Source of the DNA: Macrostomum lignano
Lineage: Eukaryota
DNA: 31,933 nt
Direction of reading: 5' to 3'
Assembly: GCA_002269645.1 (NCBI GenBank)
Contig: NIVC01002591.1
Location: 127,447-159,379, forward strand
Every line of letters begins with the position of its first letter. Positions within the stretch are counted from its first letter, which is position 1. The notes beneath the pieces are model-generated. The model saw nothing but the letters and a program-made list of their open reading frames with translations, had not been told where the DNA came from and searched no databases. Shown here piece by piece: positions 1 through 12,800 of the stretch. Both the position numbers and the translations under genes were made by a program.

Positions 1-225
1 TTCTTTCCTTCTCTCGCCGCCTCTTCCTTCTCTTCTTCGTCTCTCCTTCTCTCTCCCTCTCTTCTCTCTGTCTCTCCTTCCATCTCCTCTCTCTCTCCCT
101 CTCTTCTCGTCCTCCTTCCTCTCTCCTTCTCTTCTCTCTCTCTCTGCTCTCTCCTTCCTGCCACTTCTCTCCTCTCTCCTTCTCCATGCCGCCTGTCTCC
201 TTCTCTCTATCTCTCTCTCTCCTTG
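1..225. repeat. CT-rich low-complexity / degenerate (CT)n tract
   Basis: Almost purely pyrimidine, with imperfect ctct/ctcc runs. Confidence 0.9.
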
Positions 226-596
226 TTTTGTATAAAAAAGCGCTTCAACATTTCAGCCCTTTGATTTTCGGTGACGTAATGGCCAGACATCAATAAATAT
301 TAATCCAGATTAATCGAAGCACTCAAGGCTATATATATGACAAATAGCAAGCATGGCTTTAAATCTCGTTCATAAGTTGCTGCTATATAAAGGAAAAAGT
401 AGCATAGTCAGGGAGGAATATGGATTCCTGGGCCATCCCATCCCCATTCGCCTAGCCAATAGGAGCGCATTTCACACAGTTTTCCACGGAATTTCGCGAC
501 CGCTCCGCGGAAATTTAGACCCTTTCCACGGACCCAACTGTACTATTAGAACGCGAGCTGAGAATGTCGTTAAATGAGCGTCTGCGAAGTGAGATG

Positions 597-1408
597 CGCC
601 CCTCTCGTCTATTGCGTCCCTCTCGTGTATATTATGGCGCCCTCTCGTGTATATTATGGCGCCCCTCTCGTGTATATTATGGCGCCCCTCTCGTGTATAT
701 TATGGCGCCCCTCTCGTGTATATTATGGCGCCCCTCTCGTGTATATTATGGCGCCCCTCTCGTGTATATTATGGCGCCCCTCTCGTGTATATTATGGCGC
801 CCCTCTCGTGTATATTATGGCGTCCCCTCGTGTATATTATGGCGCCCCTCGTGTATATTATGGCGCCCTCGTGTATATTATGGCGTCCCTCGTGTATATT
901 ATGGCGCCTCTCGTGTATATTATGGCGTCCCTCTCGTGTATATTATGGCGCCCTCTCGTGTATATTATGCGCCCCTCTCGTGTATATTATGGCGCCCCTC
1001 TCGTGTATATTATGGCGCCCTCTCGTGTATATTATGTCGCCCCTCTCGTGTATATTATGGCGCCCTCTCGTGTATATTATGTCGCCTCTCGTGTATATTA
1101 TGGCGCCCCTCTCGTGTATATTATGGCGCCCCTCTCGTGTATATTATGTCGCCCCTCTCGTGTATATTATGGCGCCCCTCTCGTGTATATTATGTCGTCC
1201 CTCTCGTGTATATTATGGCGTCCCCTCTCGTGTATATTATGGCGCCCCTCTCGTGTATATTATGGCGTCCCTCTCGTGTATATTATGGCGTCCCCTCGTG
1301 TATATTATGGCGTCCCCTCGTGTATATTATGGCGTCCCCTCGTGTATATTATGGCGTCCCCTCTCGTGTATATTATGGCGCCCCTCTCGTGTATATTATG
1401 GCGCCCCC
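597..1408. repeat. 23-bp minisatellite, consensus GCCCCTCTCGTGTATATTATGGC, ~36 units
   Basis: Period 23 (copies at 661, 684, 707...). Variants differ mainly in C-run length. It explains the three overlapping + strand ORFs that cycle through the same peptides. Confidence 0.97.
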
Positions 1409-2764
1409 GCTCTTATGTTTAAAATCGGCCCCCTCGTTTTATATTTCGAAATCCGCCACTGACGCGTTTACTTCAAACCGATGGAGTTCTAACCTTTTTT
1501 TCATTTAAAAAAGCACACTGACAGTTTAAACCGAAAGAAAGCTTGGGCTATTATTAGCCATTAGCACGCGAGCTGCGAATGCCGCTATGTGAGTGTCTGC
1601 GGAGTGAGATGCGGATGGGGGGTCATTATTATTTCAAGCAACCTCCCAGCCTCCGAGGTTGTTAAGATTATAAATTGCACTAGAGGGGCGTTACTGTCTC
1701 GAGAACTTCTATTGAAGTGGTATAGGACCGGAAAATAACGAGTGGAAAAAAACAATGAGAGCTTGTCTGAGGGCTCGGACATTGAGTAGTTTAAAACAGC
1801 CGAGTGGGCAGGAGGACGGCAATTAAATTCTCTTGTATTCGCTCGCGCGTGTTCTCTTAACGGTGCAGGGACGTCTAAATTTATATAGACGTCTGGATAG
1901 ATAATTGACTGGCTCCGTCTGCAACAGGGCAACCATGTAGATACTGTCACCCCCCCCCCACCCAAAAATATCCCCAGCTAAAGGTAGATGTGTAGGCCAT
2001 TAATCCATCTAAGGCAGCTGATGGCAATGTAAACTGGCTAGTTAAAATTTTGTCGAGGTTTGATGCTTGTAAAAAACTCTTTTACCAGTCCAGATACTGT
2101 TTTCAGGACTCCCCTGTCGCTATTTTTTATGCAGTTATGAACTTTCTTTCCTCAACAGGTATATGGCGCCATTTTCTTACGGAAGGTGATATAGAATTAG
2201 CACACACGGAGTTGGTAGCCAAGGTGCGGGTGAGGCTGCTACCCCCCCCCCAACCCCAAAGAGCAATTACAGCTTCTTAACGATGCGTTGCCATTAGAAA
2301 CAACGGCTTCATTATGCTTTGCTCAAACCCCTCTATAGACGATACTTACGAATTTTATTGTTTTTTTCTGTCACCCGTTCGGGTTAAGCTATACAGAGAA
2401 ACAAGCATGCAATGACAAGCTATTTTTAATGAAGAGTGTCATTTCATTAGTTACGAAAACCTTAGGTGCTACCTTAGCTAATGACGAATCGACTCAATAG
2501 AGCTGGACAACCTGTGGATTATAACATTAATTACCAATCAAAAATTGTTTGTACAGCGGCTTCCACTCTTGTTTGTTTATTTCAAATATGACAGCGGCTG
2601 AACAGTGGCACTGGTTCAGGTTGATTCGGAATGAACTATGAGAAGGAACTATGAGAAAGTCAGGTAAATGCGCCAACGTGTCAGTTGAATGTGAAGCTCT
2701 GTCAGTCGGGTGAGGCCCTTTGTAAGTTAAGTTGAGTTGAATGTGGTCAGTATCATTGGCGCGT

Positions 2765-2872
2765 GGTGCGTCAGTTGGTGTGTCAGTTGGTGTGTCAGTT
2801 GGTGTGTCAGTTGGTGTTTCAGTTGGTGTGTCAGTTGGTGTGTCAGTTGGTGTTTCAGTTGGTGTGTCAGTT
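2765..2872. repeat. 12-bp tandem repeat (TCAGTTGGTGTG), ~9 units
   Basis: Directly visible. Reads TDTP/TETP on the minus strand. Confidence 0.95.
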
Positions 2873-3739
2873 AGCCCGAAGTCCTGTGTCAGCCAGGCGA
2901 GTCTCTGGGTCAGCAATTTGCATCTGGATTGGTTGCGTTTTAACCAATTCCAAAGTTGACTGATTAGAAAAAAATCAGTTTAATAAAACTTACTTGCGAT
3001 TGTCGTAGCAAGGGCTATGAAAAGTATGAGGTGAATATTATATAGCACTGCGCTCAAGAGTAAATTTCAGTTGCTGTACGTCCAAATGGAAAGTGAGTTC
3101 AGATATCACATTGAAAAAGAACAGCAATTTACAAGCCTCAACGGTTTTTTTTTCAACAAAAAGATTTCAATGTGCTTTTATATTTAGCTGTGAATACAGG
3201 AGGATGGTAACTTTATGCCAAAACGGTTAGAAAATATTAGAATTCACACACTGAAAGAACTTAAAACAAAGGAAAAAACAAGAGGTCATTGGACGGTCAT
3301 TAATTCATAAATATTGATAATATTGAAAATATTGATAAATAAAAGGCATACAAATAGCTATTAGTTAATTTGGTTAAATAATATGTGATCAAGTTTTCAA
3401 TGATTGCTACCAAGTTAAAAAGCAAACTTAAACCCATGTAACAATTTTTATTAGTGTGCACATTTTTCTTCTGAAAACAAATAGCAGTTACTCCTAATAA
3501 AAAAATGATTGTTGCCATGGTAATTGAAATATTGGCAGTATCCGTGTAGTTTGCGTAAAATAGACAGATAAATTAAAAAAAGCCCAATTATTGAATCATC
3601 GATCAAATTAAATTCATTCACATAGTACTTATAATTAGATAGATAATATGATAGATAGCTAGCTCTTTTGCTAGTCAAAATCAAAGTCAAAGTTTCAAAT
3701 TCAACGCACACTCCCGAACAAGATCAATAATTTAATCTG

Positions 3740-3879
3740 TTAACTTGTTCCGGACGTCGGGTTCACCAGCACTTCAACGGGAACCCTCGCTCTGAGACCA
3801 AACACGATCGAAAGTACGACGACCGTAACGAGGACCACACCGCCAACCACGGACAGCGAGATGATCAAAGCCTGGTTTT
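3740..3879 (-). CDS. Mucin exon 13: transmembrane helix and short cytoplasmic tail
   Basis: Acceptor ctgtatttcag. Translates [46 protein letters not shown] (stop TAA at 3740-3742). Not in the ORF track. Confidence 0.85.
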
Positions 3880-6800
3880 CTGAAATACAGAAATATAGCA
3901 TAAAAATGAAAAAAGTCAGTAAAAAGACAATAAAGCAATCGTTGGACTACCCTCTTATTCCTACTACATGGCCTATTTGGCCTACTTGGTCTTAGTCTCT
4001 CGCCTGACTAAACCCACCTCCGGCCGACCCTCGCTAACCCGAACCCACTTCCAGCCAAACCTCGCCTGTTAAAATCAGCTTCCGACTATTAGACTGTAAA
4101 ATATACAATTCTATACATAGTTGTCCATTCCAGAGAAAGGACTATACAAAGAAGCAGTGCACTCACGATTGTTGGTTTCGCCTCCTGTCGCCGTGGTGGC
4201 ACTGTCGACAACATCTACATTGATCTGCACCGAGACGCAGGCGCCGTTGACTTTGATCTTGTTGTGCGCACAGTCACAAGAATAGTTGCCGATGTTATTA
4301 ATGCAGATGTAGTCACCGCCGCAAGGATTCGTAGAGTTCACTCGACACTCGTTGATGTCCTGAATTCAAAATCGTTTCGATGCTTTCCATGACTTTTTCA
4401 CTAACGCTAAACTTTACAAGAATTTTGTGATTGTGAAAGCAACTACTTTTCCGTTACAATATAGCACAGCTTCTTACCATAGCAGAAAATAATGTGACCG
4501 AATTCACACCTACGGAAATCACCCTTACCTCGCATTCGTAGAGCGCGTTCAGCTTGAAGCCCGCCATCGGACACGTGCACGTGTAGGACCCGTTCGTGTT
4601 CACGCACGTCTGGTTCTGATCGGCTCTGCACCGATTGTCCCCGGTGGCGCATTCGTCGATGTCTTCGCACAAACTGGAGTTGCTAGGCGACACCCGGAAG
4701 CCGGGAGTGGTGCAGTTGCACCGGTAGCCTGGGACCAAGTTGGTGCACTGCTCCTGACAGATGCCGGGAGTCTCCAGGCATTCGTTCGTATCTGCAGTTT
4801 TATATGTTAAAACGATCAGCCAAAGCATCATCGGCAGACTCACGAAGAATATTAATTCCCACAATAATTTGATAATATAGATCGATAAATAAAGGTCCTG
4901 GATCTTACCTTCGCACACCTGTCCATCACCCACCATCCCATCGGGGCAGCTGTCACAGTAGTAACTACCGTTGCTGTACATGTGGCACATGCTGGCATTG
5001 TAGCAAGGATTCGGCTGTGCCGAGCAGGGCGTCACGTCGCACCTGTCACCTTGGTAGCCACTGGGACAGCTGCACTGTGCACGGTAGAAGTTCTCTGCAG
5101 TGCGTTACAAATGAATTTTATACATTTGGTTTCACAGATTTATACGCATTCGACCCTACAAAGTAAGTTGAAGAAGTAAATTTATAGTAAATGAAAGCAG
5201 TACCTCCAACCACTGTTTCCCCAGTCGTGTAGTTGAAGCTGTGTGTGGCTCCGTTCTCGCAGTCGATGTACAAGACGACTGGCGTCCAAGAAGTCGGTGC
5301 TCCCATCGAGTCAGTGGCCACGATCGTCAAGTTGAAGGCGCTGATGTTTATGCCGACTTGCCACACCAGCATGTTGCCGTCGAGCCACATCGAAGTGTCG
5401 TTGCTGGGCTCCTGGATGCTCAACACGATAGGATTTCCGTCTTTGTCGGTGACGTTGATGGTCAAGTTGAAAGTTGTCGACGAGTGGATCGTGATGTTTG
5501 TAGGCATGTTAAACTCTGGAGCAAAGTTTGAGGCCACCGCCTTTGCCGACACCTCCTGGCTGACCGCCAACGAAGCTTCTTCTGCAGCGTCGAGTGACTG
5601 CAGTTGTGCTGCGTCGTACATGCAGCTCAAGTAGATGGACTGCTCTGCGTTCCAGCAAGTCTGCAACATCAAAGCATTTAGTATTGAATGCAATGTGATA
5701 TTGAGCAGCCAATAGTGTGATTGTCTACAAAGTGCCGACTTACCTTGTTTGCCGACGTCATAAGCTCCGAGTTGTTGTGGAACAGGTCCAACAAGTTATC
5801 CTTGTAGTCCTCGACAAACACCGGAACGAAGGACATGTTACAGAAGTCCGCTCGAGTCTTTCCCGCTGGATACGGGAAGTGACTCACGTCGCTCGACTGC
5901 AGCGCCCAGCTCTGACCGAAGTGGAACAGGTCTCGCTCCGAGCTGTTTCCAGGAAAGAGGGTGCCGTTTCGTAGCTTGAAGTCGTCAGTTTTGTTTCCGT
6001 TGAAGTTGCCCATGAGTCCTTCCACTTCGCTGGCGTGTCTCAGCTGGTCGAGCTGCACCGATGCCTGCAGCAGACTAAGAACTCTGTCGACGGTCACGGA
6101 GAAGCCAGTGTCCGACTCGCTGATGCTGATGCTCTTGTTGTCGTTTGACTTCAGTGTGTACTTTTCGATGGTTGTGGAGTTCTCCTGTTCGGAGAAGTAC
6201 GTGAGCACACTGCCCAGCAACTCGTTGTCTTTGTACACGTCCAGGTCGTTTGAGCTCGTGTTAAGCAGAACAGAAATGGAACAGTTGTTGGAGCCGGCCT
6301 TGAGCGCAAATCCGATGAAAACGGTAGCCGATGCGGTGACATTCGGATTGAGTGACTTTGCCAGACCCGTTCTGGCTTGCAACTCGAGCATAGGAGCACT
6401 CTGCGAGCTGTTCCTGATCATGTAGTACTCGCACAAGCCATTGAAGGAGTACGTGATTCCGTCGATAGTGCTAATGTGAGGATCACCTCGATTGAAACCT
6501 GTTTCGTAAATTGAAAGAATCAGTTAAGACTTAGTAGTAAACTATTGCTAAGCTAAAATGACAAGTTCAGCCTGTTTGCTCACCCCAAGCCGGTTCGGTG
6601 TAGTCTCGACTGTTGCACTTTGGCCGGAACTTCTTGTACTTTCCAATCACCTTGCCCGCTCGGCAAACGTCATAGCCATACGTCTCGTTTCTGAGCTGCT
6701 CGTCGTACTTGATCCACCACCAGTAGTTCTGGTTCGTTCTCTCCAGAATCATGCTGTGTCCCGCTCCTTGCACAGTACTCTTGATTAAGGAGCCACTCTG

Positions 6801-9800
6801 GCGTCTGTCGAACATGATGTTGCGCAACCGCCAGCGCATGCTCCACACCGAGTAGCCGGCGTCGCAGTAATCCACGAGTTGGCCGTCCTTCTTCCAGTGT
6901 ACCTTGAGCTTGTAGCAACATCTTGGCGCAGCGTAGAACTGACACCGCATGAACCGGTTGCAGTACCAGTTCCACCACGGATAAGGACATACTGGCGGAT
7001 TTGTAAAGTCCTGCACGCACTCAAATCTGCCTCGGAAGCACATGGTGAGCTTATAGTTTCCTTTCTCATTCTGGTTTTTCTTGTCGCAAGAGTACTCATA
7101 TGGCCAGTAGCGCCAGTCCAACACCGCTTGGCGCATGTCTCGAGGGCAAGTGCGGCAGCTCAACTTCGTCGTAAGAGGTCGTTTGCGCTCGTTGTCCATC
7201 CATTTTTTGCACTTGAGCTTGTCGCTAGGAGGGATGGAGTCCGCCATTATCCTTACATGTCTTCCGACTTTACCGACATTGCCCATGACCTTATTGTCGG
7301 TGACATAATTGCTGCGCCACCAGTAGTAGCTAAAGGGCAACCTGTCGAATTTCTGGTAACCGTCGGTGAAGCCTGCCGCGACGTAGAAGTACCGCCAGCG
7401 CCACTCGCTCATCTCGAACTGTCCGTAGTTAAAGATGACGAAGGAGTGGCTCTCGTTTCTGGTGACGATTGCTTGGAAGCTGATGTGCTGCGGGAGTTTG
7501 CAGGAGTTTGATTCTACTTAATAAAATTTAATATTTCTATTGCAAGGCACCCAACATAATACGGTACATTTACTTTTCTACCTACGCAGTAGAACCTACA
7601 CTGTTGCCTACCCATATTAAAACGATGGCGAGGCATATATTATGCAAGACTGAAGGGCCTGTCTTACCTCCTGCTTGGGATCGCAGTACTTGCAGTAGTA
7701 TTGAGCCCAGCTGTACCCCAGCTGTTTATAGTAGTAGTTGCAGTAGCGATTACAGTAGTAAACGTAATAGCTGTACGGCTGCATCTTATTCCAGGTGACG
7801 ATGAGTGCATTCAGCGGATTGTAGGTATCGCCTCCGCTGAAGCTGGTAATAATTTCCACAACCTTTTTCCAGTTCTGCGTGTTACTGTGCTGTGAGCTGT
7901 CCAGCAACTCGTAGTAGACGGCGGAGTCTGGGTAGGCGAACGAATACCGGTAGGACCAATAGGGAAACACCATCGGCTTGACCAGGTAGGTGTACCAGGT
8001 AGGCCAGGTCAGCTGGTACGGTGGATCCGAAAAGGACAGGTAGCCGTCTTTGGAAATCTGTATTAATTTCGTGTGGATTGCGTAAATTAGCTAGCAAAAT
8101 GGTTCGATTTGAATAGTCCAACAAGTTAATGGCTTGAGTCTGCATACCTTGCATACAGTGCTCTCCTGTGATCCGATGATGAAGGGAGCTTCAGTTTCAA
8201 TTGTGATGTAGCTGACCGTGTAGTTGTTGAAGTCGTATGTCGTCAGCTTTGTGCCATTGTCAGTGGAAAGAGTCATCAGTTCTGTAAGTCGGAAAATTTG
8301 CCAAATTTACGGTTTTTTCGGGTACAGAACTTACAGTGTTATTCGGATTTTTTAATTGCGTATTTTTGTCTTACCAATGCAAGTGTATCCGTCGCCATAG
8401 TAACCAGGGCGACAGGCGCAAGAAAATGAGCCCGGATTGTTGCTGCAGATGGCGTTGACGTGACAAGGCGAACTGCTGCACTCGTCAATGTCTGCAATAG
8501 GGATTGTAGTTTGCTTTCAATTTCTAGGAAGTCTGATAGATTGACAATTTTAATATTTGCTTTTGTTAATATGGTGTTTATATTGCATACAGACAACCCA
8601 GACCGAGAAAGAAAATGCATACAAAAATATTACCTGTGTTGCAGTCGATGCCTGACCAGCCAGAGGGGCAAACGCACTGAAATGCATTCACTCGGTCAAT
8701 GCAACTGCCTCTAAAGCAAGGCATTTGTGCGCAGTCATCGGTATCTATAAATATTGAATCAGGTAAGGTTGGCAAATATGGTTCCATATGCTGCTTGAAT
8801 AGACGTGACTTATTTGAAAATAACATTAATTAATTAAACTTACTGATTTCGCAAAGAGATCCTTGGTACCCAGGCAAGCAACTACATGTAAAGTACGTTT
8901 CTGTAGTGTGACAAGTGGCCCCATTTTTACATGGCGCACTGTCGCATAGCTTCGACGCGTCAACGATAACACTGCCGCTACTAGTAGTGCCAACAACAAC
9001 TGGTGGTAGCGTAGTGACACCTGCTACAGTAGACTGGAGAGCCGCACTCGATGGCTGATTAGCAGTGGACTGAGGAGCAGCGGTGGACTGAGGAGCAGCG
9101 GTGGACTGAGGAGCAGCGGTGGACTGAGGAGCAGCGGTGGACTGAGGAGCAGCGGTGGACTGAGGATCAGAACTGGATTGAGAAGGAGCGGAGGACTGAG
9201 GATCAGAACTGGATTGAGGAGCAGCGGTAGACTGAGGAGCAGCGGTGGACTGAGGAGCAGCGGTGGACTGAGGATCAGAACTGGATTGAGGAGCAGCGGT
9301 GGACTGGGGATCAGAACTGGATTGAGGAGCAGCGGTGGACTGAGGATCAGAACTGGACTGAGGAGCAGCGGTAGACTGAGGATCAGAACTGGATTGAGGA
9401 GCAGCGGTAGACTGGGGATCAGAACTGGATTGAGGAGCAGCAGTTGACTGAGGAGCAGCGGTGGATTGAACATCAGCAGTTGATGATGGATAAGACTGCT
9501 GTTCGGCAGTGCTCGGCTGAGGTCCAGACGGGGTCGAATCAGACTGCGGTTCGGCAGTGCTCGGCTGAGGTCCAGTCGAAGGCGGATACGACTGCTGTTC
9601 GGCAGTGCTCGGCTGAGGTCCAGTCGGGGTCGGATCAGACTGCGGTTCGGCAGTGCTCGGCTGAGGTCCAGACGGGGTCGAATCAGACTGCAGTTCGGCA
9701 GTGCTCGGCTGAGGTCCAGTCGAAGGCGGATACGACTGCTGTTCGGCAGTGCTCGGCTGAGGTCCAGACGGGGTCGAATCAGACTGCGGTTCGGCAGTGC

Positions 9801-12800
9801 TCGGCTGAGGTCCAGTTGAAGGCGGATACGACTGCTGTTCGGCAGTGCTCGGCTGAGGTCCAGACGGGGTCGAATCAGACTGCGGTTCGGCAGTGCTCGG
9901 CTGAGGTCCAGACGGGGTCGAATCAGACTGCGGTTCGGCAGTGCTCGGCTGAGGTCCAGTCGGGGTCGGATCAGACTGCGGTTCGGCAGTGCTCGGCTGA
10001 GGTCCAGTTGAAGGCGGATACGACTGCTGTTCGGCAGTGCTCGGCTGAGGTCCAGACGGGGTCGAATCAGACTGCGGTTCGGCAGTGCTCGGCTGAGGTC
10101 CAGTCGGGGTCGGATCAGACTGCGGTTCGGCAGTGCTCGGCTGAGGTCCAGACGGGGTCGAATCAGACTGCGGTTCGGCAGTGCTCGGCTGAGGTCCAGT
10201 CGGGGTCGGATCAGACTGCGGTTCGGCAGTGCTCGGCTGAGGTCCAGACGGGGTCGAATCAGACTGCGGTTCGGCAGTGCTCGGCTGAGGTCCAGACGGG
10301 GTCGGATCAGACTGCGGTTCGGCAGTGCTCGGCTGAGGTCCAGTCGAAGGCGGATACGACTGCTGTTCGGCAGTGCTCGGCTGAGGTCCAGACGGGGTCG
10401 AATCAGACTGCTGTTCGGCAGTGCTCGGCTGAGGTCCAGACGGGGTCGAATCAGACTGCTGTTCGGCAGTGCTCGGCTGAGGTCCAGACGGGGTCGAATC
10501 AGACTGCTGTTCGGCAGTGCTCGGCTGAAGTCCAGTCGGGGTCGGATCAGACTGCGGTTCGGCAGTGCTCGGCTGAGGTCCAGTTGAAGGCGGATACGAC
10601 TGCTGTTCGGCAGTGCTCGGCTGAGGTCCAGACGGGGTCGAATCAGACTGCGGTTCGACAGTGCTCGGCTGAGGTCCAGTCGGGGTCGGATCAGACTGCG
10701 GTTCGGCAGTGCTCGGCTGAGGTCCAGACGGGGTCGAATCAGACTGCGGTTCGGCAGTGCTCGGCTGAGGTCCAGACGGGGTCGAATCAGACTGCGGTTC
10801 GGCAGTGCTCGGCTGAGGTCCAGACGGGGTCGAATCAGACTGCGGTTCGGCAGTGCTCGGCTGAGGTCCAGTCGAGTTCGGATCAGACTGCTGTTCGGCA
10901 GTGCTCGGCTGAGGTCCAGTCGGAGTCGGATCAGACTGCGGTTCAGCAGTGCTCGGCTGAGGTCCAGACGGGGTCGAATCAGACTGCGGTTCGGCAGTGC
11001 TCGGCTGAGGTCCAGTCGAAGGCGGATACGACTGCTGTTCGGCAGTGCTCGGCTGAGGTCCAGACGGGGTCGAATCAGACTGCGGTTCGGCAGTGCTTGG
11101 CTGAGGTCCAGTCGAAGGCGGATACGACTGCTGTTCGGCAGTGCTCGGCTGAGGTCCAGTCGGGGTCGGATCAGACTGCGGTTCGGCAGTGCTCGGCTGA
11201 GGTCCAGACGGGGTCGAATCAGACTGCGGTTCGGCAGTGCTCGGCTGAGGTCCAGTCGAAGGCGGATACGACTGCGGTTCGGCAGTGCTCGGCTGAGGTC
11301 CAGTCGGGGTCGAATCAGACTGCTGTTCGGCAGTGCTCGGCTGAGGTCCAGTTGAAGGCGGATACGACTGCGGTTCGGCAGTGCTCGGCTGAGGTCCAGT
11401 CGGGGTCGAATCAGACTGCTGTTCGGCAGTGCTCGGCTGAGGTCCAGTCGAAGGCGGATACGACTGCTGTTCGGCAGTGCTCGGCTGAGGTCCAGACGGG
11501 GTCGAATCAGACTGCGGTTCGGCAGTGCTCGGCTGAGGTCCAGACGGGGTCGAATCAGACTGCGGTTCGGCAGTGCTCGGCTGAGGTCCAGACGGGGTCG
11601 AATCAGACTGCGGTTCGGCAGTGCTCGGCTGAGGTCCAGACGGGGTCGAATCAGACTGCGGTTCGGCAGTGCTCGGCTGAGGTCCCATCGGGGTCGGATC
11701 AGACTGCGGTTCGGCAGTGCTCGGTTGAGTTTCCGTCGATGGATAAGCAGTGTTCTGTATGTCAATTGTTGACTCTACGACGCCATTAGATGCTGTTGTT
11801 GCAGGTGCAGCAATTGCTGTTTGGGATACATTGGGGACACATTTAGGATACCTTGTAAGAATATATCATGATGCAGGCATTCAAAATATTTATAACTTAA
11901 CAATTGATAAAAAAATCTGTTTTATGGTATTTTAAGCATAAGCCCGTGTCTATTTGCTTTAATTATAATTTAAAAAGGTAGTTGGAACCCACATTTGGCT
12001 TAACTTTTTTCCATGCGAGTTGGTGGTCGATTCGATTGATTCGAGAAATTCGATTTCTCGGAAAGAGAATTCATTCTGATGTGGCGTCGTTTTTGAGCTG
12101 CTCATGTGTAAATGAATTTAATAATGAGCAGCACATTGGGAGCTTAAGTATTACGCGTTTAATTGTGTCTTACTTTTTGTCTTGGCTATACTCCAGGAGC
12201 GTAGCCAGAAGTTTTCTCCGGGAGGGGGATAAATTACTTTCACAACGGACATTTATATTTTATACAGTACCTATAGAGAAACATACTTCAAAAAAATCTT
12301 AGGCTATTCGGGGGGATACTGTGCTATGCCCTATGCCCCTGCTATGCTCGATCGTATTTGCATTTATAAGAAACGACATGATTTCCTGGAACAAATGAAA
12401 TGTGCAGTGGTGTCGGAACATATTTCAAAGTGGGGGGGCTATTGGCGGGAGGGAACTTTGCACATGATTTTTTTAATCTAAGGGCACCCTAACTTCTGCT
12501 GTTATGTCAGTTTGTGACATTGATGGTGACAACCAGGCCAATATTCACTTCTGTGTTGAAAGTGGCCAAAGGTCTGTAAATGTTCAAATTTTTAACTAAT
12601 TCAAACATTGCGCAACTGCACTGCACTATCAATTTATTTAGTAAATATCTCAAATGAATGAAAATTGCCAGGGCAAGACCAGTAATTTTCTGGATCTCTT
12701 GGCTGCCTCCTTCAGTTCCTCTTGGCACTGTCTGTTTATTCTGTTATCTGACGCCATTTTAGTGCTTTTAGTTGCAGCGCCAGAAGCGGTTTAATTTTTG

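Noticed and set aside
564-1508. Three long overlapping + strand ORFs (271-314 aa)
   Set aside because: They are translations of the 23-bp minisatellite. All frames cycle through the same three peptides and there is no domain signal.
4010-4065. Two ~25-bp direct repeats in mucin intron 12
   Set aside because: Only a small local duplication, with no further structure.
9024-11789. 781-aa antisense ORF and 913-aa alternative-frame ORF over the mucin repeats
   Set aside because: The 48-bp unit happens to lack stops in those frames, and homogenisation propagates that. Only the PTS frame joins the EGF exons.
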